From the NCBI GenBank assembly GCA_963555815.3, contig CAUVWX020000001.1, positions 544,001 through 608,000 on the forward strand: a DNA stretch of 64,000 nt, given 5' to 3'. This document shows positions 48,982-59,295 of the stretch, one piece after another. Each line of letters starts with the position of its first letter. The stretch's first letter is position 1. Source of the DNA: a bacterium (GTDB taxonomy: Bacteria; UBA8248; JACPRG01; G963555815). Made by a program: the position numbers and the translations under genes. The notes beneath the pieces were generated by a model, which saw only the letters and a program-made list of their open reading frames with translations, had not been told where the DNA came from and did not search any database.

Positions 48982-49731
48982 TCAGGGCTTTGCGATGGAC
49001 TTCTTTAGGAGGCCCTTTTGGAGTCGGACGAGGTCTTGGATGCCCCGTTTGGCCAGGCGAATCAGGGCTTCCATCTCTGAGTCATCGAAGGGGGTCTGTT
49101 CGGCAGTCCCCTGGATCTCCACGAAGCGGCCATCGCCCGTCATGACAACGTTCATGTCCACCTCTGCCCCAGAATCCTCTTCATAGTCCAGATCGAGGCA
49201 GGCCCTGCCCTGGACGATCCCCACACTCGTGGCCGCCACAAAGTCCCGAAGGGCCCCTGTCTGGATCTCTCCCTTGGCCTCCAGATGTCGAATGGCCAGG
49301 GCCAGGGCCAGAAAGCCCCCCGTGATGGACGCTGTTCGGGTTCCCCCGTCGGCTTGGAGGACGTCGCAGTCAAGGGTGACAGTCCGCTCCCCCAGCTTCT
49401 CCAGATCCACCACCGCCCGCATGGACCGTCCAACCAAGCGCTGGATCTCATGGGTCCGGCCCGAGGGGCGCCCTCGGATGGACTCCCGCGGGATCCGCTG
49501 GGGCGATGATCTGGGGATCATCCCATATTCAGCCGTCACCCAGCCCTGCCCCTTGTCCCTGAGAAAAGGGGGAACCCGGTCCTCGACCGTGGCGGTGCAG
49601 ATGATCCGAGTATTCCCAACAGAGATGAGGACGGAGCCCTCGGCGTGGGGAAGGTAATTCATCACCACCGAGAGGGGACGCATCTCACTGGGGCGTCTTC
49701 CGTCGTGCCTTTGCTTCCTAAGATCCGCCAT
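48982..49731 (-). CDS. rph: Ribonuclease PH
   Basis: [15 protein letters not shown] and [14 protein letters not shown]. Confidence 0.97.
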   Translation of the reverse strand: MADLRKQRHDGRRPSEMRPLSVVMNYLPHAEGSVLISVGNTRIICTATVEDRVPPFLRDKGQGWVTAEYGMIPRSSPQRIPRESIRGRPSGRTHEIQRLVGRSMRAVVDLEKLGERTVTLDCDVLQADGGTRTASITGGFLALALAIRHLEAKGEIQTGALRDFVAATSVGIVQGRACLDLDYEEDSGAEVDMNVVMTGDGRFVEIQGTAEQTPFDDSEMEALIRLAKRGIQDLVRLQKGLLKKSIAKP

Positions 49732-49751
49732 CCAGTCGGGTCCCGATCTAC

Positions 49752-50354
49752 CTAAGAGGAGGTGGCCTTGAGCCCCATCTCGGTGGCAGCCCGGGTGAGG
49801 GGTCTTCGGATGTCTACGTGTCCCGCCAGGGTCTCGGCAGGCCTGCCTTCGATAAGGATCTGAACACCGCGGACGAGCTCGAAATTGGACGTTAGGGACT
49901 GCACCAGAGAGGACACCGTGAGAATCTCCGTCCAGACCCCCCCTGGATGGTCTTCCGAGATGGCCTTGTTGAAGTTGAGAAAGACGATCCCCTGGTCATC
50001 TAGAAAAAGGTCAAGAAGTTGGGTCCCCCTCGGCAGAGTCCCGAGGAGGGCCTGACGAGGCCCGTTAATGAGTTCCTGGACCGTTTGCCTGAGAGTCTCT
50101 CGGACCGTGGAGGCCTGGAGGAGGCCGCGGTCTTCAGATTGAAGCCCGGACCCGTCCTGCGCAACAAAGAAGAGGAGAATAGAATCTCGTCCGGAGGATC
50201 CACCCTCCTCCCCCGCCGGGCGAAGGCCGGAGCGCGGGCCCCTTCCCACCAAGACAGAGAGCACTCCCACAACAATGGCCAGAATGAGGACCGTCAGAAA
50301 CGCCCCGAAGAGCCCTCGGGACCCCCTCTCTCTCTTCCTCTCACTCGGCGACAT
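49752..50354 (-). CDS. GerMN domain protein
   Basis: ELINGP, HPGG..E and VQILIEG..ETLAGH. Confidence 0.88.
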   Translation of the reverse strand: MSPSERKRERGSRGLFGAFLTVLILAIVVGVLSVLVGRGPRSGLRPAGEEGGSSGRDSILLFFVAQDGSGLQSEDRGLLQASTVRETLRQTVQELINGPRQALLGTLPRGTQLLDLFLDDQGIVFLNFNKAISEDHPGGVWTEILTVSSLVQSLTSNFELVRGVQILIEGRPAETLAGHVDIRRPLTRAATEMGLKATSS

Positions 50355-51156
50355 CGCGCCCCTCTGCAAAGTTCAAGATGGCCTCATAGAGGTTCTCCGC
50401 CACCTTCTGGAGGAAGGCCTCATCCTGCAACAAGAGCTCTTCCCTGGCATTGGTGAGATGGGCTGGGCTCACAACGACTGCGGGCATCCGCGCCCCGCTC
50501 AAGATGAAGAGGGGGGCCTTTGCGATCCCCGCCCGCCTGAGCCCCACCCCCCGCTGGAGGCTATCGGCCATGAGCTCAGCCAAGCGGGCGCTCTCATTGG
50601 AGAAGCCCGTCTGGGCGAGGTCCCAGAGGATAGCGTCTAAACCATTCGTGCCTTCTGAGCCGACCCCTCCAACGGCAGCCTCCCCCGAAGGGGCCGAGCG
50701 GGAAGTGTAGAGGCGAAAACCCTCCGTATCCCTGAGAGAGGACCCTTCGAGATGGATGCTGATGAAGAGTTGTGCCTTGGCATTGTTCGCCAGGGAAGTC
50801 CTTTCAGAGACCGGCAAAGAGACATCCTCGGTCCGGGTCTGAATAACCCGGGCCCCAAGGCGGGCCCGCAGGAGGGTGCTCAAATGCTGGGCGAGCCTTA
50901 GGGTCACGTCCTTCTCAAGAAGGCCCGATGGGCCCCTAACGCCTTTGTCCAAGCCTCCGTGGCCGGCGTCAAGAACAATGGTGTCCAGCGGGACCACAGG
51001 CTGGGTCGGCCTGGACCGCGCGTCGGGGAGGTCCTCAATGCGCAATTCCCCCGGCCCCTCGGGCGCCTGAGCCCAGACCCCAGTGGAGAAGAAAAAGAGA
51101 CCGAGAGCGACGAGGATGGCACTAAAAAGCCTCGCCCTTGAGAGAGCCAAGCGCAT
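50341..51156 (-). CDS. N-acetylmuramoyl-L-alanine amidase (Amidase_3); catalytic Glu appears substituted; start uncertain
   Basis: LDAGHGG, EKD, R...AN, FISIH and MPAVVVSPAHLTN. Confidence 0.85.
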   Translation of the reverse strand: MRLALSRARLFSAILVALGLFFFSTGVWAQAPEGPGELRIEDLPDARSRPTQPVVPLDTIVLDAGHGGLDKGVRGPSGLLEKDVTLRLAQHLSTLLRARLGARVIQTRTEDVSLPVSERTSLANNAKAQLFISIHLEGSSLRDTEGFRLYTSRSAPSGEAAVGGVGSEGTNGLDAILWDLAQTGFSNESARLAELMADSLQRGVGLRRAGIAKAPLFILSGARMPAVVVSPAHLTNAREELLLQDEAFLQKVAENLYEAILNFAEGRDVAE

Positions 51157-51390
51157 ATGCGATCGGGCCCGGGGGGAGTGAAGGCCCGCCCCCTGAGACA
51201 CATTTGAGAAATCCATTGCGGCCCCTCGGCCTTTCGTGATATGAAAAAAAAGGGTGTGAAGGGCCCTCTGCCATGTCACCAGGATTTATCCTGGGCGAGA
51301 AGGTCCACCCCCTTGAATCTATCACAGGTGGTGGGGCACCTTCACACCCTTTTTCCTGAAACGCCCAACAGCATAAGGCAGATAGCGAGG

Positions 51391-51864
51391 ATGCGGAGAA
51401 AGCTATGGTTCCTTTCAGCGGGGGTGGGCTTTCTCATCTTGAACGGGTGTGCACCAGCCTTCCCCCCGGAGTCGGCCGAGCCGCCACCCCCTGTATACCG
51501 GTTCTCGGACGTCCCCATCCCTCCTGACTTCGTGCGGGACAGCGCGGCGTCCTTTATCTTTGAAACCCCCACCCTGAAGGCCGGCATCGTCGTCTATCGG
51601 GGCGGGGCGGATGTGGACTCGGTGGTGGAGTTCTTCAAGGCCGAGATGCCGCTGCACGGCTGGAGCCTGATCAATAGCTTCGAGCACCAAGAGGTCCGTC
51701 TGAACTTCGAGAAGCCCGGGTGGAGTTGCACCGTTCGGGTGAACCGGGGAAATCTCAGGACCATGGCCGAGATCGTGATCGGGCCAAAAGCGGAGGTGGG
51801 TCCCGAGCTCGGACTCCTCCCCGAAGAGCAGCAGCCCGAGCTTGGTGGCCCCGAGGATCTATGA
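51391..51864 (+). CDS. Hypothetical lipoprotein
   Basis: Lipobox ILNGC; FSDVPIP motif. Confidence 0.7.
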   Translation: MRRKLWFLSAGVGFLILNGCAPAFPPESAEPPPPVYRFSDVPIPPDFVRDSAASFIFETPTLKAGIVVYRGGADVDSVVEFFKAEMPLHGWSLINSFEHQEVRLNFEKPGWSCTVRVNRGNLRTMAEIVIGPKAEVGPELGLLPEEQQPELGGPEDL

Positions 51865-52109
51865 AGGGAAAGCCATCAGCCCCTGAGGAGCTCGTCCTGA
51901 TCCGGGTAACCCAAGGGCAGATGGAGGCACAGATCATCAAGGGCCGGCTTGAGAGCGAGGGGATCCCGGTCGTACTCGATTATGAGGCGGTCGGCGCCAT
52001 CTTCGGGCTCACCATAAACGGCCTGGGGGAAGTGAGAGTGCTGGTCCCGGCCCAAGTGGCCGAGGCGGCCCGCTCCGCCCTCACGGAGGTTCAGGACGAG
52101 GAGACCTGA
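51861..52109 (+). CDS. DUF2007 (putative signal-transducing) protein
   Basis: EAQIIKGRLESEGIP..GEVRVLVP. Confidence 0.8.
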   Translation: MKGKPSAPEELVLIRVTQGQMEAQIIKGRLESEGIPVVLDYEAVGAIFGLTINGLGEVRVLVPAQVAEAARSALTEVQDEET

Positions 52110-52110
52110 G

Positions 52111-52260
52111 ATGGCGAAGGTCATCTACCTCAAAGAGGTCCACCGACGAAGCGGGGGGTGGCTCGGGGGGTTCCGGACCCGCGTCGCCGTTTTCCTCACG
52201 GTGGGGCTCCTTCTCCTCGCTTTTCTCTTCGCCGGCTTTCGATTTCCTCCCTACCTTTAG
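52111..52260 (+). CDS. 49-aa single-TM small protein (not in ORF track)
   Basis: MAKVIYLKEVHRRSGGWLGGFRTRVAVFLTVGLLLLAFLFAGFRFPPYL; GAGGAG RBS; fills the operon gap. Confidence 0.55.
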   Translation: MAKVIYLKEVHRRSGGWLGGFRTRVAVFLTVGLLLLAFLFAGFRFPPYL

Positions 52261-52281
52261 GTTCCCTGAGGTCCCCCTAGG

Positions 52282-52839
52282 ATGGCGGACGAGGTGAACG
52301 CGAGAGAGGCCCTCCGCCAGATCATCCTTGAAAAGTCCTACGAGAAACGTCCGGTAGTCCTCACCTCGGGGGCGAAGAGCGACTGGTATATCGACGGAAA
52401 ACAGACGACTCTGAACCCCAAGGGGCTGGCCCTCGTCGGCGAAATATTCTTTGAGCGCCTTCAGGGAAGCGGCATTGAAGCCGTCGGAGGAGCCACCATG
52501 GGGGCAGACCCCATCGTGGCGGCCGTTGCCCTCTTGAGCCAGCTTCGGGGAGAACCGCTGCCCGCCTTCGTCGTCCGAAAGGAACCAAAATCCCACGGGA
52601 CAAGCGCCTGGATCGAGGGAATGGCGAATCTGCGCCGGGGGATGCGAGTCGCCATCGTAGAAGACGTGGTGACGACGGGGGGATCGGTCCTCCACGCCAT
52701 CCAGCAGGCCCAGGCCGAGGGGCTTGAGGTGGCCCGTGTCCTCGTCCTCGTGGACCGTCAGGAAGGGGGGCGAGAGAATCTTAATAAAGCGGGCTTTGAG
52801 CTCGAGGCCATCTTCACGCGAGAGGAACTGCTGGCTTAA
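52282..52839 (+). CDS. pyrE: Orotate phosphoribosyltransferase
   Basis: LTSG..S.WYID, VRKEPKSHG and VEDVVTTGGS. Confidence 0.95.
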   Translation: MADEVNAREALRQIILEKSYEKRPVVLTSGAKSDWYIDGKQTTLNPKGLALVGEIFFERLQGSGIEAVGGATMGADPIVAAVALLSQLRGEPLPAFVVRKEPKSHGTSAWIEGMANLRRGMRVAIVEDVVTTGGSVLHAIQQAQAEGLEVARVLVLVDRQEGGRENLNKAGFELEAIFTREELLA

Positions 52840-52917
52840 ACTCCGTCAAACCCTCCATTTTTCTCTTTTCACACATTTCCCAATGTAACGCCGCTTTTAA
52901 GAGATATTATATTATCG

Positions 52918-53403
52918 ATGATAATGAATTATGACAGGCCTTATATTAGAGGAGTAGCTGAGATAGTGATCAACGTCCGTGACATTGCTTGCATGCAGAA
53001 GTTCTACGAAGAAGTTCTGAGATTCGCCTATCACAGCCGGTATCCTGACAAAGATTCCACCATTGTTTTTCTAACCATTGCTGATTTGGATTCGCCTCTG
53101 GGTCGCGGAGGACATCCTCAACTTTTCGCCTTGATTGATTCGGAGAGGCACATTTACACCAAAGATACTTATATTGGGATCGACAATCAGAGATCCTCGC
53201 TGAGTCACTTCGCCTTCGAGATCGATGAGGCAAACTTCGAGTCAGAGCAGCAGCGCCTGAAAGATCTCGGGCTGGAAACCCACACCGAGTCGTTTCCTGA
53301 TGTGCAGGCCAAGGCGATCTTTTTCGACGACCTTGAGGGTAACCATCTCGAGTTGATTTGCCATCACAGCGGGGACTCCGCTAAAAATTACTCAAAAATT
53401 TAA
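52918..53403 (+). CDS. VOC/glyoxalase family protein
   Basis: FYEEVL, HFAFEI and FFDDLEGNHLELI; AT-richer than flanks. Confidence 0.85.
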   Translation: MIMNYDRPYIRGVAEIVINVRDIACMQKFYEEVLRFAYHSRYPDKDSTIVFLTIADLDSPLGRGGHPQLFALIDSERHIYTKDTYIGIDNQRSSLSHFAFEIDEANFESEQQRLKDLGLETHTESFPDVQAKAIFFDDLEGNHLELICHHSGDSAKNYSKI

Positions 53404-53582
53404 TCTCCGTTCAGGTTTTCCATCCGGCAGACCCTTCCCTCGGAGTCAAAGCAGGCTTATCTCCGCTTTCATGGTCGAAACGCCGAGAAGTGGTGGGACA
53501 GGGACGCGGGCGAGCAGCGGTATAATTACCTCCACTTCCAGGAAGAGCTTTTTCCCTACGCTGACTTCTTGTTGGGGGGGAA

Positions 53583-54557
53583 TTAATCCGCTAAGACGGG
53601 GCTGGGTCTCTTTTTTCTTTGGACCACGGTTTCGACGGCACGGACGACGTGGGAGGCCGTGAGGCCGTATTTCTCCATAAGCTGCTCAGGCGTGCCGGAC
53701 TCCGCATAGGTGTCCCTGATCCCCACACATTCGATGGGGACGGGATGGGTGCGGGCCGCCGCCTGGACCACTTGATTGGCGAGCCCTCCTGTCAAGAGAT
53801 GCTCCTCGGCCGTGACGAGGGCCCCGGAGACCCGGGCCGCCTCGGCGACGGCATCCTCATCGACGGGCTTGACCGTGTGCATGTCAATGACGCCGACGTC
53901 CAGCCCTTTCTGCCGAAGGAGGTTTTCGGCCTTGAAAGCCTCTGCCAGCAGAAGACCGTTGGCGATGATGGTCGCATCTTTCCCTAGGCGGTGAACAAAG
54001 GCCTTTCCCAGCTCAAACGGGCCTCCATCCGGGTAGATGATGGGGACCTTTGGCCGCCCGACCCGGATATAGACGGGCCCCACGTGCTCGGCGGCCTTTC
54101 TGACGAGAGCGGACGTGGCCGCCTGGTCCGCTGGGACAACGGCCCACATCCCAGGGAGGGCACAGGCCAGCGCAATATCCTCTACGCTCTGCTGGGAGGG
54201 CCCGTCCTCCCCAATCGAGATCCCCCCGTGGGAGGCCACGATCTTGACATTGCTCTCTGGAAAGGCAACCCCGATCCGGAGCTGGTCATAGCCCTTACAA
54301 AGGAGAAAACAGGCAAAGCTGCTGATGAAGGGGATCTTGCCAGCGCGGGCGAGGCCCACCGCTACCGAGACCATGTTGGCTTCCGCAATCCCCACATTGA
54401 AGAAGCGCTCGGGGAATGTGTTCCCGAACTTTTTTGTCCGGGTGGACTCGCTGAGGTCGGCGTCGAGGACGACGATGTCGGGGTTCTCCTTCCCCAGCTC
54501 CAGGAGGGTCTCCCCATAAGCATCCCGCGTCGCCGGGCCCAGCTTAAATTCCTGCAT
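53583..54557 (-). CDS. Transketolase C-terminal subunit
   Basis: DADL, GIAEANM, GEDGPSQQ and YIRVGR. Confidence 0.93.
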   Translation of the reverse strand: MQEFKLGPATRDAYGETLLELGKENPDIVVLDADLSESTRTKKFGNTFPERFFNVGIAEANMVSVAVGLARAGKIPFISSFACFLLCKGYDQLRIGVAFPESNVKIVASHGGISIGEDGPSQQSVEDIALACALPGMWAVVPADQAATSALVRKAAEHVGPVYIRVGRPKVPIIYPDGGPFELGKAFVHRLGKDATIIANGLLLAEAFKAENLLRQKGLDVGVIDMHTVKPVDEDAVAEAARVSGALVTAEEHLLTGGLANQVVQAAARTHPVPIECVGIRDTYAESGTPEQLMEKYGLTASHVVRAVETVVQRKKRPSPVLAD

Positions 54558-54621
54558 CCAAAAACCCCTTCAATCTACAGCGCCGACCCGAATCCATGCC
54601 CCAGCAGTTTCCGCCCACGCA

Positions 54622-55482
54622 TCAGGAGAGTTCTTGAAGGGCCTTCTCCGTCTGCTCTTTGGTGGGGGCCTTCCCGTGGAAGGCCGGATTATTCTCCATG
54701 AAGGAGACACCCTTCCCCTTTACGGTCCTGGCGAGGATGACGCTCGGGCGGCCCCGCGTGGAGGCGGCTTTTTTGAAGGCCGCGAAGATCTGACTGAAGT
54801 CGTGCCCGTCAATCTCCTGGACGTGCCAACCAAAGGCTTTCCACTTGGGGACAATGGGCTCCATGTCCAGGATGTCTCTTGTGAAACCGTCCAGCTGAAT
54901 GCCGTTGCAGTCCACGATGGCCGTCAGGTTGTCCACCTTTTGGTGGGCCGCAAACATGGCCGCTTCCCACACCTGTCCCTCCTCGGACTCCCCGTCGCCG
55001 ATGATGACGTAGGTGCGGCAGGAACGCTTATCCAGCCGGGCCCCAAGGGCCAATCCCACGGCGATGGAGAGGCCCTGGCCCAGAGAGCCGGTCGAAGCCT
55101 CCAAGATGGGAAGAAGACGCCGGTCAGGATGACCTTGCAACGGGCTTCCGAGCTTGCGAAAGGTCATCAACTCCTCGACCGGGAGGTACCCCGTCTCGGC
55201 CAGGACGCTGTAGAGGGCAGGGCAACCGTGGCCCTTGCTGAGGAGAAAGCGGTCGCGGTCGGGCCAGTCGGGCTCCCCAGGGCGGTGGCGAAGGGTGTGA
55301 AAGAACAGGGCCACCAGGATCTCCACCATCGAGAGAGAGCCCCCCGGGTGACCTGAACCTGCCTCGCTGATCATCCGAATGATATGGCGGCGGACGACCT
55401 TCGCCTTGTCGGCCAACTCCTCAAGATTGTGAGACTTTTTGTCAGCCGCTCTCGCACGAAGACCTGAAGCCTGGGGACTCAT
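54622..55482 (-). CDS. Transketolase N-terminal subunit
   Basis: SGHPGGSLS, LSKGH, TGSLGQG and ThDP motif GDGE...N. Confidence 0.93.
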   Translation of the reverse strand: MSPQASGLRARAADKKSHNLEELADKAKVVRRHIIRMISEAGSGHPGGSLSMVEILVALFFHTLRHRPGEPDWPDRDRFLLSKGHGCPALYSVLAETGYLPVEELMTFRKLGSPLQGHPDRRLLPILEASTGSLGQGLSIAVGLALGARLDKRSCRTYVIIGDGESEEGQVWEAAMFAAHQKVDNLTAIVDCNGIQLDGFTRDILDMEPIVPKWKAFGWHVQEIDGHDFSQIFAAFKKAASTRGRPSVILARTVKGKGVSFMENNPAFHGKAPTKEQTEKALQELS

Positions 55483-55714
55483 CCCTTAACTCCGCCAACA
55501 GGGAATTCTACTTTTAGGTGTGAACGGTCATAAGGCGCAGGGCAGGGGGACAACGGAACTGTATCAGATCGCCCACTCCGGTTCAAGCCAGCTTTTTCCT
55601 CTCTTTTCCTCATCTCTGTCTCACCGATGGGACAACCTCAGGGCCTCTTTCTAGAGGAAAAGAAAACGGAATTCAAGTGGGCGAAGGGATAAAGAACGGG
55701 GCGCAATATCGCTA

Positions 55715-55780
55715 TCAATAATGACTATTGACAATTTTTGCCCCTCGGCCTAAATTATTTATCGTCGGAAATGGTTCTCA
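55715..55780 (+). promoter_or_regulatory. Promoter of the fur-ATPase operon with a candidate operator
   Basis: TTGACA(55728)-N17-TAAATT; inverted repeat tcaata-N5-tattga overlapping the -35. Confidence 0.5.
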
Positions 55781-55960
55781 GCGTTTCCAAGGAATCCTTG
55801 AGGGGTACCCTATCAGAGGGGTTTGTGCCCCCTCCGAGGACTTGACATGGCACCAGGGCCACCCCGCAACCAGTCCCAACGTCAGGCAGGAAACCCGATG
55901 GTCACAAAAGGGCCTAGAAAGACAAGGATGGAAGGGCGGTATCGGAAAAGGGATCAGCCC

Positions 55961-56416
55961 ATGGAAAAACCCCTCACTGAGAGCGAATTGAGGAACAAGC
56001 TGAGATCGCAAGGGGGTCGTTTCACCCCACAACGGGCGGCTGTTTACCAGATCCTCCGAAAGGGGTCTCACCCAATGGCCGAGGAGATCTATTCCTTGGT
56101 CAAGAAGGAGGTTCCCCGGATCAGCCTGGCCACGGTCTATAAGGCCCTGGAGGCCCTGGTGGCGTCCGGGCTTGCGGCAAAGCTGGAGTGTGGGAGCGCC
56201 CCTGCGCGATACGACTGGGATCTCCAGGAGCACTATCACACCCGATGTCTTCGCTGCCGCGAGATCCGAGACCTCCCGCCCGGGCTCAAGCCCGGCCTCC
56301 CAAAAGGCCCTTCGGATGTGGACGGGTTCAGGGTGCTGGGCCACCGTCTCGAGGTGCTGGGCTATTGCGCCCGGTGTAGGGCAAAGGCTCCTCCAGACGG
56401 AAGGGGCCTTTCTTGA
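55961..56416 (+). CDS. Fur/PerR-family transcriptional regulator
   Basis: TPQRAAVY, HPMAEEIY, SLATVYKAL, HYH..CLRC and CARC. Confidence 0.9.
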   Translation: MEKPLTESELRNKLRSQGGRFTPQRAAVYQILRKGSHPMAEEIYSLVKKEVPRISLATVYKALEALVASGLAAKLECGSAPARYDWDLQEHYHTRCLRCREIRDLPPGLKPGLPKGPSDVDGFRVLGHRLEVLGYCARCRAKAPPDGRGLS

Positions 56417-56428
56417 AGGGGTAGTTGC

Positions 56429-58387
56429 GTGGAGAAGAAGGAGAAAACCTTCCCAGAGACCAAGAGGAGCGGGATTCGTATACTCCTCCACGGGTCTTTA
56501 GGCCGGATGACTTACCTGACGGCCCTTTGTGGAACGCTGGGGCTAAGCGGGGCGGTCCTCTCTTGGTTCTCTCTGACAGCCCCTTGGGTCCCAATTCTCC
56601 TCTACGCCCTTGCCTATATCGCGGGTGGGTTCTACGCCACCCGAAGCGCCCTCTCCGCCCTCTGGTCCCTCACGGTGGACGTGAACCTCCTCATGGTGGT
56701 GGCGGCCCTGGGGGCGGCCTCCATTGGCCATTGGGGAGAGGGGACAGTCCTCATGTTCCTCTTCTCCCTCAGCAACACCTTGGAGGCCATGGCCATAGGT
56801 TCCACGCGCCGGGCCATCCGCTCTTTGGTAAATCTCAGACCGGCCGAGGCCCTTGTCCTTCGGGACGGACGTGAGGTCCGGGTGGCGGCCAAGACGCTCT
56901 CGGCGGGCGACCATATCATGGTCCGGCCCGGAGAGATGATCCCGGCCGACGGGCTCATCGTCTCCGGCGACTCCTCCGTAGACCAGTCCTCCATCACAGG
57001 GGAGTCCCTGCCGGTGGAAAAGGGCCCTGGCGCTTCCGTCTTCGCCGGAACCCTGAACCAGCAGGGTGCCCTGGAGGTCCGCGTCACCCGGTGCGCTGAG
57101 AACACGACCCTTGCCCGGATCATCCGGCTGGTGGAGAAGGCCCAGGCCCAGAAGGCCAAGGCCCAGCGTCTCACGGAGTGGTTCGGCCGATACTATAGCG
57201 TGGGCGTCATCGGAGGGGCGGCAGCCCTTGCTCTCATTCCGCCACTCTTCTTTGAGGTCTCATTCTCCCAGATGTTCTATCGAGCCATGATACTCCTGGT
57301 CGTGTCCTCCCCCTGCGCCGCAGTCATCTCCATCCCCGCCTCCATTCTCTCGGCCATCGCCCGGGCTGCGAACGACGGGATCCTCTTCAAGGGGGGGACC
57401 TATCTGGAGGATCTCGCCGGGGTTCACGTCATGACCTTCGACAAGACAGGGACGCTGACGACGGGCCGACCCCGGGTGACGGACATCCTGCCCACGGATG
57501 GAACTCCCTCGGAAGAGCTCCTTCGGATTGCCGCCTCAGCAGAGCGCTTCTCAGAGCACCCCCTGGCGGAGGCCGTCATGGAGGCGGCCTCTTCCAAGGG
57601 GCTCACCCTGATCCCCACTTCCTCCCTGCAGTCCATCGGCGGAAGAGGGGTCCGGGCCGAGGTGGGGGGAAAGATGGTCCTCGTCGGAAATGAGCGCCTC
57701 TATGATGAGGAGGGAATCTCACTCTCCCCGCGCGTTCGCCAGATTGTCGCCACCCTGGAAGAAGAGGGCAAGACGACGATGATCGTGAGGGAAGGAGACT
57801 CCTCAGACTCCGATGGGGCCCTGGGCGTCATCGGCCTGGCCGACACCCTTCGGCCGGGGGTTCACCGGGCCCTGGAGGGGCTCAAGCGAAACGGCATCCA
57901 TCGGATCGTCATGCTGACGGGGGACAACGAGCGCGCGGCCCAGTCTGTGGCGGCGGCCTTGGGGATCGAAGAGGTCCGGGCCGATCTCCTCCCGGAGGAA
58001 AAGGTGGAGGCGGTGCAAGACCTCATCCGGACCCACGGAAAGGTAGCCATGGTGGGAGACGGGGTCAACGACGCCCCCGCCCTGGCGGTCTCCACGGTGG
58101 GAATGGCCATGGGGGCTGCAGGGAGCGATGTGGCACTGGAGACGGCGGATGTCGTCCTCATGGGTGATGACCTGCGAAAAATCCCCCACGCCCTTTCCCT
58201 CAGCCGGCACTCCCTTCGGATCCTCAAGCAGAACCTCCTTTTCTCCTTCCTCGTGATGGCCGCTCTCGTGGTCTTGACCCTGACAGGAGAACTCTCGCTC
58301 CCCTTCGGAGTCGTGGGCCATGAGGGGAGCACCCTCCTGGTTGTGGCGAACGGCCTCAGGCTGCTTCGAAAGAAGAAAAGAATCTAG
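56429..58387 (+). CDS. P1B-4 heavy-metal P-type ATPase
   Basis: TGES, SPC (VSSPC), DKTGT, GDGVND and HEGST; no N-terminal metal-binding domain. Confidence 0.92.
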   Translation: MEKKEKTFPETKRSGIRILLHGSLGRMTYLTALCGTLGLSGAVLSWFSLTAPWVPILLYALAYIAGGFYATRSALSALWSLTVDVNLLMVVAALGAASIGHWGEGTVLMFLFSLSNTLEAMAIGSTRRAIRSLVNLRPAEALVLRDGREVRVAAKTLSAGDHIMVRPGEMIPADGLIVSGDSSVDQSSITGESLPVEKGPGASVFAGTLNQQGALEVRVTRCAENTTLARIIRLVEKAQAQKAKAQRLTEWFGRYYSVGVIGGAAALALIPPLFFEVSFSQMFYRAMILLVVSSPCAAVISIPASILSAIARAANDGILFKGGTYLEDLAGVHVMTFDKTGTLTTGRPRVTDILPTDGTPSEELLRIAASAERFSEHPLAEAVMEAASSKGLTLIPTSSLQSIGGRGVRAEVGGKMVLVGNERLYDEEGISLSPRVRQIVATLEEEGKTTMIVREGDSSDSDGALGVIGLADTLRPGVHRALEGLKRNGIHRIVMLTGDNERAAQSVAAALGIEEVRADLLPEEKVEAVQDLIRTHGKVAMVGDGVNDAPALAVSTVGMAMGAAGSDVALETADVVLMGDDLRKIPHALSLSRHSLRILKQNLLFSFLVMAALVVLTLTGELSLPFGVVGHEGSTLLVVANGLRLLRKKKRI

Positions 58388-58480
58388 GCTGCTGCTATGG
58401 CGGGAGACTTTCGTCCCTTAGGGGAGGGGTACGGGGCCCACCCTGCGAGGCTTAATCGAAGCCCAGAGGAGGTTTTTATC

Positions 58481-59284
58481 CTAAGGGCTTCGCGGTCGCC
58501 AACCTTCCCGCCGGATGAGGCGAAGGAGAATTCCGTGGGTCTGGTTTCGCCACCCGGTGATCATGCTTCGCAAGTTGGGCCAGCCGTGGAGGAAGACCAT
58601 GAAGATGTGGATCAAGAAGAAAAGGAGAAAGGCAGGGACCAGGAGAAAATGCCAGAGACGGACCATCTGGTATCCGCCCAGCCCTTGGGTGAGCCAGCTG
58701 AGCTGGGTCGGCTTATAGATGGCGAGACCACTCACGACGGAGAAGATCCCAAGGAGATTGATCCCCAAATAGGCTATCTTCTGAAGAGGGTTATAGATGC
58801 CCACCCGTGGAGGTTCATGCCGCCGAAACCCCACGTACCAGCGAAACTGCGCCCAAATGTTCTTAACATCCTGAACCGTGGGGAAGATGTGGCGATAGCG
58901 TCCCCCAAAACTGAGGCTGCCAAAATAGACGAGGGCGGCGGCGATGTAGAACCACATAAAGGTGAGGTGCCAATTGAGCCCTCCGGCCAGCCACCCCCCG
59001 AGGCTCCAGTCCCTATAAAACTGCTGTGAGAACCGCCAGAACACGGGTTGCTCCCACCCGATCCGCAATCCCCCCATCGCGAAATCAGGATAGGCCCAAT
59101 AGATCCGAAGACCGCTCAGGGCCATAAGGGTCAAGAAAAGGAAGTTCAGCCAGTGGGTGCTCCGGACGATCCAGGAGTGAGTATAGGTCCAGCCGGATTT
59201 TGGAGGGGTTTCAAGGCTCTCTGTTCCTGCCGAAGGGTCTTCCTTAAACTCCGCCGGCTCTCCCTCGCGTCCTTCTTGGTCCAT
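58481..59284 (-). CDS. Cytochrome b/b6-domain membrane protein
   Basis: RSTHW, WHLTF, YNPLQK, WHF..IH and SMITG. Confidence 0.85.
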   Translation of the reverse strand: MDQEGREGEPAEFKEDPSAGTESLETPPKSGWTYTHSWIVRSTHWLNFLFLTLMALSGLRIYWAYPDFAMGGLRIGWEQPVFWRFSQQFYRDWSLGGWLAGGLNWHLTFMWFYIAAALVYFGSLSFGGRYRHIFPTVQDVKNIWAQFRWYVGFRRHEPPRVGIYNPLQKIAYLGINLLGIFSVVSGLAIYKPTQLSWLTQGLGGYQMVRLWHFLLVPAFLLFFLIHIFMVFLHGWPNLRSMITGWRNQTHGILLRLIRREGWRPRSP

Positions 59285-59295
59285 CGTGGTCTCCT

